64,000 bases of DNA. It comes from Thermoanaerobaculia bacterium (GTDB lineage: Bacteria > Acidobacteriota > Thermoanaerobaculia > Multivoradales > JAIOJS01). The notes below the pieces were generated by a model. It was not told the origin of the DNA. It ran no database searches and saw only the letters and a list, made by a program, of their open reading frames with translations. The stretch is taken from positions 129,359 through 193,358 of the forward strand of contig CAWINM010000002.1 in the NCBI GenBank assembly GCA_963837455.1, read 5' to 3'. Shown piece by piece: positions 51,963-61,848 of this stretch (positions within the stretch are counted from its first letter, which is position 1; each line of letters begins with the position of its first letter). A program made the position numbers and the translations under genes.

Positions 51963-53315
51963 CCCGGGCTGGCAGTATAACTTGCGGCCAGCGCCCCTCC
52001 CGAGCCGCCGCCGCGCGCCAGGCCGCCGCCGTAGTCGCCGCCGTGCGGCTCCAGTCGAAGCGGCGGCACGCGCGCAGCCTCGCTCGGCGAGCTCCGCCCT
52101 CAGGGCCTCGTCGCCGAGCACGCGGGCGAGCGCCGCCGTCCAGGCCAAGGGATCGTCCGGCGGCACGAAGAGGGCGGCGTCGCCACCCACCTCGCGCAGC
52201 ACCGGCAGGTCGGAGACCACCGGTGGCACCCCCGCCGCGAGCGCCTCCACGAGCGGCAGACCGAAGCCCTCGTAGAGCGATGGCAGCGCCACCAGCGCGG
52301 CGTGGCGGTAGAGCGCGGCAAGGCTCTCCGGCGTCACGTAGCCGAGATGCAACAGCCACCCCTCGGCGATGCCCTGGCGGACCTCGGCGGCGAGCGATCC
52401 GGTCTGCCACCCCCAGCGACCGCAGAGCAGGAGTGGCGGCGCCCCGGGCATTCGGCGGCGCAGCTCCTGCCAGGCAGCGAGCAGCACCGGCAGGTTCTTG
52501 CGTGGCTCGAGGGTGCCGACGTAGAGGCCGTAGCGCGGCGGGACCCCGGGTGGTGGCTCGCCGGCGTCGAGGGTGGCGAGCTGCCCCGGCCCGTGGTGGA
52601 TGGCACGCACGCGCTGGGGAGCGACGCCGCGCGCCACCAGCTCGTCGCGCACCGCCGCGCTGGGGGTGAGCAGCAGGGCGGCGGCGTGCAGCGTCTCCTC
52701 GAGGCGCTCGCCGAGGGCGACGGCGGTGTCGGGGCGTGCCGCCGCCGGCAGTCGTTCGAGGGTGAGGTCGTGCACCATCGCCACCTGCGCGCCCGAGGCG
52801 TAGCGGAAGAGGGGTGGGACGAGGAAGTTGGGGGCGAAGAGCACGCGGTTGGCGTCGGCCGCCGCCAGCAGCGGCGCCAGCCGGCGCAGGAGCTGGCGGC
52901 CGCGCCAGGGGGGGACGACCAGCCCGTCGGGCGCGTCGTAGGTGACCCACTCGATGGCCTGTCCCCGCGGCAGGGGCACCACTGGCGCGGGCGCTCCGGG
53001 GTCGCCCTCGACGAGCGACTGCCCATAGAGCCGCAGGCGCAGGTCGTCGGCGTCGGCGAGATGGGTCAGCAGCTGGTACGCGTACCAGCCGACGCCGGTG
53101 AGCGGCTCGTAGAGCGAGTTGACGTCGACGGCGACGGTGAGCCGAGTCTCGCCTCGGCGGCGGCGGACCGCTGCCACGACGCCGAGCAGCCAGCGGAGCG
53201 TGTGCCACCACCGGCGTGGCGAGCCGAAGCGAAGCACCGCGAGGGCCCGGCGACGCGGCGCGGGGCTGGGGCCGGAGCGGTCCGCAGGGGCGCGCGGGGC
53301 GGCGGGCGGTGTCAT
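51946..53315 (-). CDS. Glycosyltransferase family 4 with a frameshift near 52065
   Basis: TGVGWY, MVHD, EPRKN, YEGFGLP.VEA. The natural C-terminus FDWSRTA lies in another frame and stops at 51946. Confidence 0.82.
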
Positions 53316-53348
53316 CCGGGAGGTGGTGGAAAGTGTATCGTGCGCCCG

Positions 53349-53825
53349 ATGCACGACGGGCCCCGCTCCGACACCGCGGTGGCGGCCGACGACGAGCGCG
53401 AGCGCGTCGCCGCTGTGCTCGAGCAGCTGCGCGCCGGGGTGCGGCAGCGGCAGGCGGAGGCGACGACGCTGGGCGCCGGTGCGGCCCTCGGTGCGGCAGG
53501 CGCGGGCGAGCGGCTGGGGAGCGCGGCGCTGGCGCGGCTGCTGCAGCTCAGGGAGAGCGAGTACGTGCGCGAGCCGGTGCCGACCTCACCACGACCAGGC
53601 CTCGGTCGCTGGATCGTCCTGGCGCGCAAGGCTGGCTACAAGCTCTTCGGCAAGTGGCTGGTGCGGCCCCTGCTCGAGCAGCAGAACGCCTTCAACCAGG
53701 CCGTCGCGGCGGCGCTGCAGGAGCTGCTGGAGAGCGAGGCGCGGCTGCGACGTCAGGTGCGCGAGCTCGAGGCGCGGCTCGAGGCGCGGCAGGCGGACGA
53801 GCGGCCCGGTTCGGGGGAGGCTTGA
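53349..53825 (+). CDS. Coiled-coil hypothetical protein of the glycosylation locus
   Basis: SPRPGLGRWI..ARK...WLVRPLLEQQNAFN followed by a coiled coil; stop overlaps the next start. Confidence 0.7.
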   Translation: MHDGPRSDTAVAADDERERVAAVLEQLRAGVRQRQAEATTLGAGAALGAAGAGERLGSAALARLLQLRESEYVREPVPTSPRPGLGRWIVLARKAGYKLFGKWLVRPLLEQQNAFNQAVAAALQELLESEARLRRQVRELEARLEARQADERPGSGEA

Positions 53826-54874
53826 TCGACGGCGCCGGCCGTCGGGTGTGCATCTGCGCCACGCAGGTGCCCTTCGCCTGGGGCGGCGCCGAGATCCTCG
53901 TCGAGTGCCTGCGCGACCAGCTGCGAGCGCGAGGCTTCGAGGCGGCGGTGGTGACGCTGCCCTTCCGGTGGCCGACCCGCCTCGACCTCGTCAAGGCGGG
54001 GCTGGCGTGGCGCCTGCTCGACCTGCGCGAGGTCGACGGCAAGCGCGTCGACCTGGTGATCGCCACCCGCTTTCCGTCCTACCTGGTGCGGCACCCCAAC
54101 AAGGTGGTGTGGCTGATCCACCAGCTGCGGCAGGTCTACGACCTCCTGGGCACCACCTACAGCGACTTCGCGCCGCGCGACGCCGGCGACGCGCGGGCGA
54201 TCGCCATGGTGGAGGCGATGGACGGTCGCGGCCTCGGCGAGGCGCGCCGGGTGCTCACCATCTCGGGCAACGTCGCCGCGCGGCTGCGCCGCCACAACGG
54301 CATCGACGCGCGGGTGCTCTACCCGCCGCCGCGGCTGGACGGCCGGCTGCACGAGGGCCCGTTCGGCGACGCCGTGCTCACCGTCGGCCGCCTCGACGAG
54401 ATCAAGCGCGTCGAGCTGCTGGTGCGGGCGCTGCGACACACCGAGCACCCGGTGCGGGCGCGCATCGCCGGCAGCGGGCCGCGGCGCGAGGAGCTGGCCG
54501 CTCTGGCGTCGCGCCTGGGCGTCGCGGAGCGGGTGGACTGGCTCGGCTTCGTCGCCGACGAGCGGGTGGTCGAGGAGTACGCGGGGTGCCTCGGGGTCTA
54601 CTACGCCCCCTTCGACGAGGACTACGGGTTCGTCACCGTGGAGGCCTTCCAGGCCGGCAAGCCGATGGTGACCACGAGCGACGCCGGCGGCGTGCTCGAG
54701 CTGGTGGAGGACGGGGTCAACGGCTTCGTCGTTCCGCCCGAGCCGCGGGCGATCGCGGCGCGGCTCGATCGCCTCTGGCGCGATCGCGAGGAGGCGCGGC
54801 GGCTGGGCGCGGCGGGGCGAGAGCGCGTGCGCGAGATCGCCTGGGAGCGGGTGATCGCGGAGCTCACCGGATGA
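53822..54874 (+). CDS. Glycosyltransferase family 4
   Basis: QVPFAWGGAE, RFPSY...HPNKVVWLIHQ, KRVEL, EDYGFVTVEAF. Confidence 0.9.
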   Translation: MIDGAGRRVCICATQVPFAWGGAEILVECLRDQLRARGFEAAVVTLPFRWPTRLDLVKAGLAWRLLDLREVDGKRVDLVIATRFPSYLVRHPNKVVWLIHQLRQVYDLLGTTYSDFAPRDAGDARAIAMVEAMDGRGLGEARRVLTISGNVAARLRRHNGIDARVLYPPPRLDGRLHEGPFGDAVLTVGRLDEIKRVELLVRALRHTEHPVRARIAGSGPRREELAALASRLGVAERVDWLGFVADERVVEEYAGCLGVYYAPFDEDYGFVTVEAFQAGKPMVTTSDAGGVLELVEDGVNGFVVPPEPRAIAARLDRLWRDREEARRLGAAGRERVREIAWERVIAELTG

Positions 54875-56310
54875 GCGCGGTTGCCGTCGGCCCTTCGGCT
54901 GCCGCTCGTCCGCGGGTCGCCGTCTACAGCCCCTGGCCGCCGCAGGCGTCGGGGATCGCCGACTACGCCGCGGAGCTGCTGCCGCACCTGGCGCGCCGGT
55001 GCGCGGTGGAGCTGGTCGCCGACGACGCCGTGACGGTGGCACCCGAGGTGGCCACGGGTCGCACCGTGCATGCGGCACGCCGGCTGCCGGCGCTGCTGGC
55101 GAGCGGAAGCTGCGACGCCGTGCTCTACCACCTCGGCAACAACCGCGACTTCCACGCCGGCATCTACCGCCAGCTGCTGGCACAGCCGCGGGACGTGCCG
55201 GCCGTGCTGGTGCTGCACGAGTACGTCGTCCACCACCTGGTGCGCGACGTGACGCTGCACGACAGCGACCCCGCGGCCTATGTGGAGACGCTCCGCTGGT
55301 GCTACGGCCGGACGGGGGAGGCGATGGGGCGGCGGGCGGTGGCGAGCGGCGTGCCGCTCGACCCTTTCCGCTACCCGCTCTTCGAGCGCGCCGTCGACGC
55401 CGCGGCCGCGGTGATCGTCCACAACCACACGACGGCCGCACGGGTGCTGGCGAGCCGGCCGCTGGCGCGGGTCGCCGTGGTGCCGCACCACCTGGCGCTC
55501 GGGAAGCTGGCGGCGCCCTCACGGGAGGAAGCGCGGCGGCAGCTGGGGATCGCGCCGGAGGAGCTCCTGGTCGCCACCTTCGGCCTGCTCACCGAGGCGA
55601 AGCGACTGCCCGTGCTCTTGCGTGCCTTCGCGCGGCTGCGTGCGGTGGTGCCGGCGGCGCGGCTGCAGCTGGTGGGCGAGGTGTCGCCGCACTACGACTT
55701 CGCGTCCGCCGCCGCGCGCGAGTTGCCGGCCGGGCTCGCCGCCGCCGGGGTCGAGGTCACCGGGCGGCTGCCGCTCGAGCGCTTCCTGCTCCACATGCAG
55801 GCGTGCGACGTGGCGGTCAATCTGCGCCACCCGACGGCCGGGGAGACCTCTGGCACGCTGGTGCGGCTGCTCGGGCTGGGCCGGCCGGTGGTCGTCTCGC
55901 GGGCCGGAGCCTTCGCCGAGCTCCCCGACGGCTGCTGCGCCAAGGTCGACCTCGGCGAGGACGAGGAGCTTCTGCTGGCAGCCTACCTGCGGGCGCTCGC
56001 CGCCGACCCGGCGCTGCGCCGCGCGATGGGGGAGAGCGCCCGCCGTCACGTCGCGGCGCACACGCCGGAGGCCTCGGCGGCGGCCTACGCCGAGGTGCTG
56101 CGAAGCTGCGTCGAGGAGCGGTGGCGGGCGCCGGCCTGTCCGCCGCCGCTGGCGCCCTTCGCCAGCCACGATCTCTTCGCGGCCCTGGTGCGCGACGTCG
56201 CGGCCGAGCTCGCCGACCTCGGCGTCGGCGAGACCGAGGACGCGGTGCTGGCACCCCTCGCGGAGGCGCTGGTGGAGCTCGGGCTCGACCGCGCGGGGGC
56301 GGCGCGGTGA
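54871..56310 (+). CDS. Glycosyltransferase family 4
   Basis: SPWPPQASGIADY, YHLGNN..H, NLRHPT.GETSG. Confidence 0.88.
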   Translation: MSAVAVGPSAAARPRVAVYSPWPPQASGIADYAAELLPHLARRCAVELVADDAVTVAPEVATGRTVHAARRLPALLASGSCDAVLYHLGNNRDFHAGIYRQLLAQPRDVPAVLVLHEYVVHHLVRDVTLHDSDPAAYVETLRWCYGRTGEAMGRRAVASGVPLDPFRYPLFERAVDAAAAVIVHNHTTAARVLASRPLARVAVVPHHLALGKLAAPSREEARRQLGIAPEELLVATFGLLTEAKRLPVLLRAFARLRAVVPAARLQLVGEVSPHYDFASAAARELPAGLAAAGVEVTGRLPLERFLLHMQACDVAVNLRHPTAGETSGTLVRLLGLGRPVVVSRAGAFAELPDGCCAKVDLGEDEELLLAAYLRALAADPALRRAMGESARRHVAAHTPEASAAAYAEVLRSCVEERWRAPACPPPLAPFASHDLFAALVRDVAAELADLGVGETEDAVLAPLAEALVELGLDRAGAAR

Positions 56311-57689
56311 GCGAGCCAGCCGGCGGTGCGCAGGGTCGTGGTCCCTCCGCCGCCGGGGACGCGCTCTCGGCCGGCACGGCCTCGCGGACCGGCACGTCCG
56401 GGGCCGCTGGACTGCAGCGGCCGGCCAGTGGATGCCGGCGCGCCGGCTGCGCGCTGGCGGCCCTCACGTTGGCACTGCTCACCGCCGGGCACTGGGCGTA
56501 CTGGTACCGTCCGCGCCCCCACGCCCTCGCACCGGCCTCGGCGCGGCTGCTGCGCGAGCGGATCGAGCGCGGCGGGACGCCGGCATGGGCAGTGCGCCTG
56601 TGGGTCCCCTTCCCCCACCAGAACCTCGGCGCCCTCGGCGGCGCGGTGGAGCGGCCGCGAGAGGTGCTGGCCGCCGCGTCGCGCCTCGCCGGGCTTCCCG
56701 CGCCAGCGATCCCCCGCCTCGGTCCCTTCACCATCCCGCCGGCCCGTGAGCTGCTCGTCGCTTCGAGCCCCGACGGTAGCCGGCTGGCGGCCGCCGTGCG
56801 CCTCTACCCGACGGTGGCGGTGCTGACGCGGCTCGCCGGGATGCTCGCCAGGAATCCCCTGCTGGCCGGTGGCGAGCTGGCGCTCCGCGGGCGCCGGGCG
56901 CAGGTGTGGTGGGAAGGGTGGACCTGGCACCTGGAGTCGACGGCCGGCGGCGCCGCGGCGGAAGGACCCGCGAGCGCGGACGAGACCGCGGCCGCTCCGC
57001 TGGCGGCGATGGGTTCCGACGACGGCGCGCCGGCACTGGCGCTCGTCGAGCTCGGCGCCGCCGCGGCACCGCTGCCGGCGGGCCGCTACACGCTTCGTCG
57101 CGAGGGCGCCGATCTGGTGTGGCGGCTGGGCGCGGAGCTCGCCGCTCCCGCTGCCGGGCCGCCCAGCGGCGTCATCCTGGTCTGGGTCGAGCGGCGCCCG
57201 GCGGCCGGCGGTGCGCCGCACGAGCAGGCGTTGCTGCTGATGGAGCGCGTCGACGATGGGCCCCTCCAGAGCCTGCCGGGGGCGGCGGCGTGGGCGCGGC
57301 CGCGGGGAGCGCTGAAGGTGCTCCCGGGCGGGAGCATCCTGCGTCAGCTCACCGGCGTGCGAGCGGTGCCGTTCGGCGGCGGCGAGCTCGCCGCCACCGA
57401 GCGCGCGGCCGCGCGACGCGCCGAGGAGCTCGCCCCGAGCTGGCTGCCGCTCGCCGGTGGGGACAGCCGGCCGCCGGTCGCCGTCGGCGGCTGGCTCGCC
57501 GTCGCGCCGGCAGAGCAGGAGGCCGAGGCGCTCCACCTCCTGCTCGAGGAGGTGCCCCTGCTCGGTGCCGCCGAGGCGCAGCGCTGGGGCGACGTGGCCA
57601 CTGTGCTGCGCGCCGCGCGAGGCTACCGGACGCTCTCCTGCTGGCTCGCTGCCGACGGCTCGAGCGGCGAGCTGCGGCTACGGCGGTGA
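56307..57689 (+). CDS. Hypothetical membrane-anchored protein
   Basis: GTGA coupling to the upstream GT; TM helix followed by HWAYWYRPR. Confidence 0.6.
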   Translation: MSEPAGGAQGRGPSAAGDALSAGTASRTGTSGAAGLQRPASGCRRAGCALAALTLALLTAGHWAYWYRPRPHALAPASARLLRERIERGGTPAWAVRLWVPFPHQNLGALGGAVERPREVLAAASRLAGLPAPAIPRLGPFTIPPARELLVASSPDGSRLAAAVRLYPTVAVLTRLAGMLARNPLLAGGELALRGRRAQVWWEGWTWHLESTAGGAAAEGPASADETAAAPLAAMGSDDGAPALALVELGAAAAPLPAGRYTLRREGADLVWRLGAELAAPAAGPPSGVILVWVERRPAAGGAPHEQALLLMERVDDGPLQSLPGAAAWARPRGALKVLPGGSILRQLTGVRAVPFGGGELAATERAAARRAEELAPSWLPLAGGDSRPPVAVGGWLAVAPAEQEAEALHLLLEEVPLLGAAEAQRWGDVATVLRAARGYRTLSCWLAADGSSGELRLRR

Positions 57690-59276
57690 CCTCTCTCGGG
57701 ATTCACCGCGCTGGTTCCCACCGCGCAGCCGCCCCAGTGCGCCGCGCACCTCGGCGGGCGTGAGCCCGAGGAGCGGCGCCGCGGTCACCAGCGTCTCGAG
57801 GTCCACCGGGTAGAGGTTGTTGCGCGCGGGGTCGGCGAGGCCGACCACGTTGCGCGGTGCGATGCGCGCCGCCACCCAGGCGGGGAAGCCGGACGGGTCC
57901 GCTCGCAGCCGCTCCACAGCCGCCGTGAAGGTCGCCTCGAGCTCGGGGTCGCCGGCACCGAGGAAGCCGCGCCAGCACCAGGGTGCACCGTCGGGCGCGG
58001 GAAGCAGCCGCTGCCGCACCTCCTCGTAGGAGACCGCCGCGAAGTAGAGGAAGGTGATGGCGGTGAAGGCCGCGAAGTCTCCCCGCGTCGCGTAGGCGAG
58101 GGCCACCAGGCGCTCGACCTGGTCGGCCTCGCGCGCCAGCAGTGCGCCGTACTCCTCGAGGCTTCCCTCGCCGTCGGCGAGCAGCCCGGCGAGGCGCTCC
58201 ACCGCCAGGAAGCTCTGCGCGAGCCCGGTGGAGAAGAGCGGGTCGGTGAAGGCGAAGGCGTGGGGGAGCAGCGCCCAGCGCTCGCCGCAGGCGCGTTCGA
58301 GCCGGTGCTGCACGCGTGGCGCCCAGAGGGGGCCGACGACGAACGTGCCGTCGGCGAGCTGGGCGGCGAGCGTCGGATAGCGGCCGAGCAGCTCCCGCCA
58401 GGCCCTCACCGGGTCGGCGGCAGGGTCGAGCCCCGCCGCCGCCGGGGGACCCGCGACGAGGAAGCCGCAGCTTGCCACCGCGTGGTCGAAGGGGAGCGCG
58501 TAGGCCCAGCCCTCGGCGAGCAGGTGGTGCACGGCGGCGCGGTCGTCGGGGTAGGGCCCGGGGGGGAGCGCGGCCCCGGCGGCCGTCGCGGCGGCGGCGA
58601 AGGTGCGCGAGGTCGCGACGTGGGCAAAGAGGAGGCCGGTGTCGAGCCGGGCCGCGGGACTTCCCGCTGCGAGGCCGAAGGCGCCGGCGAGGAAGCCGCC
58701 GGGGCCGCTGGCGTCGACGACGAAGCGGGCGCGCGCGGCGACGCGCCCGCTCGCGTCGCGGCCGGCCAGGCGCACCCCGTCGTCTCCCGCCTCGCAGCCG
58801 TCGAGCGTAGTCTCGTCGCGGTAGCACACTCCCGCCGCCTGCGCCTGTGCTGCCAGGTGGGCGTCGACGTCGGCGCGCAGCCAGTGGGCGTCGGCGATGG
58901 CGTCGTCGGGGCTCGCCGCCACCAGCAGCCGCCGCTCGTTGCGGGGGCCGTTGGCGAAGGGCCGCCCCCGCTCGTGGGCGTAGAACGTGAAGCCGCGCTT
59001 GAGGCCCCGCCGCAGGTGCGGCAGCCGCGCCCGCCAGCGTCCGTAGGCGGCGAGGTCGGCGAGGTCCGCCATGCCGAGGCGCCGGGCCAGTCGCTCGAGG
59101 GCGAGGGCGGCGAGCGGGGTGGAGGACTCGCCGATGGCGAAGCGTGGGTGGCGCCCGCGCTCGACCAGCAGCACGCGGCGACCCGCGCGCGCCACCGCGC
59201 GGGCCAGCGTCGCGCCGGCGCAGCCCGAGCCGACGACCGCGAGGTCGAAGTCGCCTAGGTGTCGCGCGGCGCTCAC
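57678..59276 (-). CDS. FAD-dependent oxidoreductase of the flavin-dependent halogenase superfamily
   Basis: VVGSGCAG, HPRFAIGES, LKRGFTF, VVDASG, FTDPLFSTG. The WxWxIP position reads WAYALP. Confidence 0.85.
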   Translation of the reverse strand: MSAARHLGDFDLAVVGSGCAGATLARAVARAGRRVLLVERGRHPRFAIGESSTPLAALALERLARRLGMADLADLAAYGRWRARLPHLRRGLKRGFTFYAHERGRPFANGPRNERRLLVAASPDDAIADAHWLRADVDAHLAAQAQAAGVCYRDETTLDGCEAGDDGVRLAGRDASGRVAARARFVVDASGPGGFLAGAFGLAAGSPAARLDTGLLFAHVATSRTFAAAATAAGAALPPGPYPDDRAAVHHLLAEGWAYALPFDHAVASCGFLVAGPPAAAGLDPAADPVRAWRELLGRYPTLAAQLADGTFVVGPLWAPRVQHRLERACGERWALLPHAFAFTDPLFSTGLAQSFLAVERLAGLLADGEGSLEEYGALLAREADQVERLVALAYATRGDFAAFTAITFLYFAAVSYEEVRQRLLPAPDGAPWCWRGFLGAGDPELEATFTAAVERLRADPSGFPAWVAARIAPRNVVGLADPARNNLYPVDLETLVTAAPLLGLTPAEVRGALGRLRGGNQRGESRERSPP

Positions 59277-60277
59277 GGGCAAGCGCCGCAGGCGAGCCGC
59301 GGCTCCCGCCGGCCGGTGCGGTTGAGGCGTTCGAGTCGCTGCCGGCGCGCGGCGCCGCATTGGGGGCACGCGAGCAGGCCCGCGAGGTCCCAGGTGTCGA
59401 CGGTGACGACGCCGGCGTCGAGATCGAGGCAGCGGTCGAAGGCCTCCTCGACGGTCGCCGCCGTCGGCGGCACGAAGTCTCCGCGGGCGGCGAGCTCGCG
59501 CAGCGCCGCGCCGTCGCCGCGGACGGGAATGAGGGACACGTGCTCGGCGCCCGCCGCGAAGGCCCAGGCGGCCGCGCGCACCACCCACTCCGCGGCCTCC
59601 CCGGCCGGCACGAACGGCGCTGCGACGAGCACGAAGGCGCGCACTCCGGCGCCGATGGCGCGCAGGCGCGCGGTGGCCGCCGCGAAGTCGTCGAGCGTCA
59701 TCGCCTTGCCGAGGCGCGGCAGCGCCTCGGGGTGCACCGTCTCGAGCCCCATCGCCACCTGCAGCCGCTGTCCCCCTGCGTCGCCAGCGCGGCAGCGAAG
59801 CGCTCGGCGCGTGCGCCCACCAGCCGCGGGTGGCTCTCGACGACGACCTGGGCGAAAGGGGCGAGGAGTGCGGCGAGCGCGGCGTCGTCGGCCGGCGGCA
59901 CCGCCCGCGCGTCGAAGAAGTTGCTGGCGTTGTAGAGCTTGACCTGGGCGCCCGCCGGGATCGGCCCGCGCCGAGAGAAGGGCCCGCTCGAGCTGCGCCG
60001 GCAGCGCTCCGGGCGGCGTCGGCCCGTCGAGGGTGTGGCGCCAGAGGTCGCAGAAGACGCAGGTGAAGGGGCACTCGGCGCCGGCGAGGAAGACGGTGAG
60101 CGATGGCGCGATCGCCGCCGCTCGGCTGGCCGCTCCTCCTCCCATAGCGTGCCCAGGGGCTGCCAGGGGTCGACGGCGGGCTTCGCCCGCCGCAGGGCGT
60201 GCACGGCCGCCGCATGGGGGCCGCGGTCCCACCTCCCGCGGAGCGCGGGTGGCGTCGGTGGGCCGGGTCGCGCTCAG
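59273..60277 (-). CDS. Radical SAM protein, RaSEA/TIGR01210-like; at least 3 frameshifts
   Basis: CPFTCVFC, VKLYNASNFFD, VVESHP, VAMGLET, RAFVLV across frames. Start uncertain. Confidence 0.8.
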   Translation of the reverse strand: MSATRPTDATRAPREVGPRPPCGGRARPAAGEARRRPLAAPGHAMGGGAASRAAAIAPSLTVFLAGAECPFTCVFCDLWRHTLDGPTPPGALPAQLERALLSARADPGGRPGQALQRQQLLRRAGGAAGRRRRARRTPRPFRPGRRREPPAAGGRTRRALRCRAGDAGGQRLQVAMGLETVHPEALPRLGKAMTLDDFAAATARLRAIGAGVRAFVLVAAPFVPAGEAAEWVVRAAAWAFAAGAEHVSLIPVRGDGAALRELAARGDFVPPTAATVEEAFDRCLDLDAGVVTVDTWDLAGLLACPQCGAARRQRLERLNRTGRREPRLACGACP

Positions 60278-61708
60278 GCGAGAGCCCCCCTGCCCGTCGG
60301 CCTTCCCGGCGGGGGCACGCTCGGCGTCACCGCGCCGCCGGCGCGATGCCCCGCGCCGATCGAGCGGGATCGGTGGCCACCGCGGCGAAGTGGGCCCGGT
60401 AGCGCTCGCCCGGGGTGGGCCAGCCGCGCCGCCAGCGCCGGCCCCCCGGCGCCGTGCTGGAAGCGGCGCTTGGGGAAGCTCGGCACCTCGACGCCGAGGT
60501 GATGCCGCAGCCCGCGCGTCAGCACCTCGCCCTTGAGCGCGTAGAGCCTCTCGTGGCTACCTCCGGCGAGGGCGGCGAACGGGATGGCCTCGGCCACCGC
60601 CACCACCGACGGGCGCGTGAACGGCGAGAAGGGGAGGAAGCCGAGCCGGCGCGCCGGCGCCCAGCCGCGCACGCAGCCGCGGCTGTGCCCGCCGCTGTAG
60701 GTCAGCGAGTGCTTGAGCGCCTCGCACTCCCCAGCCCTCCTGGTAGAGCATGGAGTTGTTCACCACGCTGCGGATCGTCAGCTCGGGATCCTCCTCGATC
60801 GGGTAGTCCTTGAGGTTCTCGTCGCCGCCGTCGCCATCGGCGAGGTGGCGCCAGTCAGGGTAGCGATGGCGCAGAGCGCCGAGCAGCGCCAGGTTACCGC
60901 CGCGCACTCGACGTCGAGCGGACTGGTAGTCCTCGATCACCTCGACGGCGAGCAGCGGATCGACCGCCGCCGCCGGCACCGCGAGCACCTCGAGGAGAAG
61001 CTCGAGGCCGAGCCGCTCGGCGACGGCGCGCGCCTGGGCCAGGTCGCTGCCGCCGCCGTCGACGGCGAGGGTGAAGGCCTTGAGCCGCGCCGGGCTCTCG
61101 CCGAGGGCGAGGAGCCCGTGGTGCAACGCCAGAGAGCACCGCCTGCTGTCCATGCCGCCGGAGAAGAGCACTCCTACCGGCTCGCCGGGCGGCAGCGCCG
61201 CCAGCCACTGCCGCACCTCGCCCAGCAGGGCGCCGACGTAGCGCTCGCCGAGGACGTCGAGGTCGGGGGGCAGGGCCGCCATCGGCGGCGCGAAGAACGG
61301 CGCGTGCTCCGGCTGGGGGTCGGGGCAGCCGACCAGCCGCAGCGTGGTCACGTGGTGGGCGGGCACCATGCGCGTGTAGCTGGGGTGGAACTGGTGCCCG
61401 TAGCCCTCGGCCTCCAGGCAGTCCCGGATCGCGTCGATGCGCTCGGCGACCACCAGCATCGGCCCTGCGGGTTCCTTGGCGAGGAAGAAACGGAGGGGGC
61501 GATCGAGGCTGCGGGCCATCACCACGCGGTCGCCCGGGTGCTCCGGGTCGCCGTCGCGCGCCGCCAGGGCGAAGGAGCCGCGCAGCGACAGCACCGCCTC
61601 GGGCGGGCCGGCGAGGAGCCGGGCGCGGGCCTCTGCCGGGTCGACGTCGAGGAGCTGCTGGCTGGTGGGATCGACCAGGTCGATGACGCGGTGCACGGGT
61701 TGCTGCAT
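60274..61708 (-). CDS. Asparagine synthase-related PP-loop protein; frameshifted in the 3' half
   Basis: GAGGAGG RBS; GSFAL, ARSLDRPL, FSGGMDS, DGDGGDE, KRRFQHG. No N-terminal catalytic Cys. Confidence 0.82.
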
Positions 61709-61848
61709 GGGCGGCGCCTCCTCGCGGGCGAGTCTAGCCCCGCGAGCCCGCACGCGCAGCGAGGCGCCGGGTCGGGGATGGCCGGGGCTGGGTTGCAGCG
61801 CCGCGGCGTACCCCGAGGGCGCTGCGACATGGGTGTCGAGTGGCGCCG

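Noticed and set aside
50733-53354. 873-aa tandem double glycosyltransferase in the ORF track
   Set aside because: The first GT's natural C-terminus (FDWSRTA, stop at 51946) is in another frame. One indel near 52065 creates the apparent fusion.
61709-61848. RiPP precursor for the AsnB/rSAM/halogenase operon
   Set aside because: No short ORF with an RBS and a leader/core pattern; the interval holds only a hairpin and a -10-like box.
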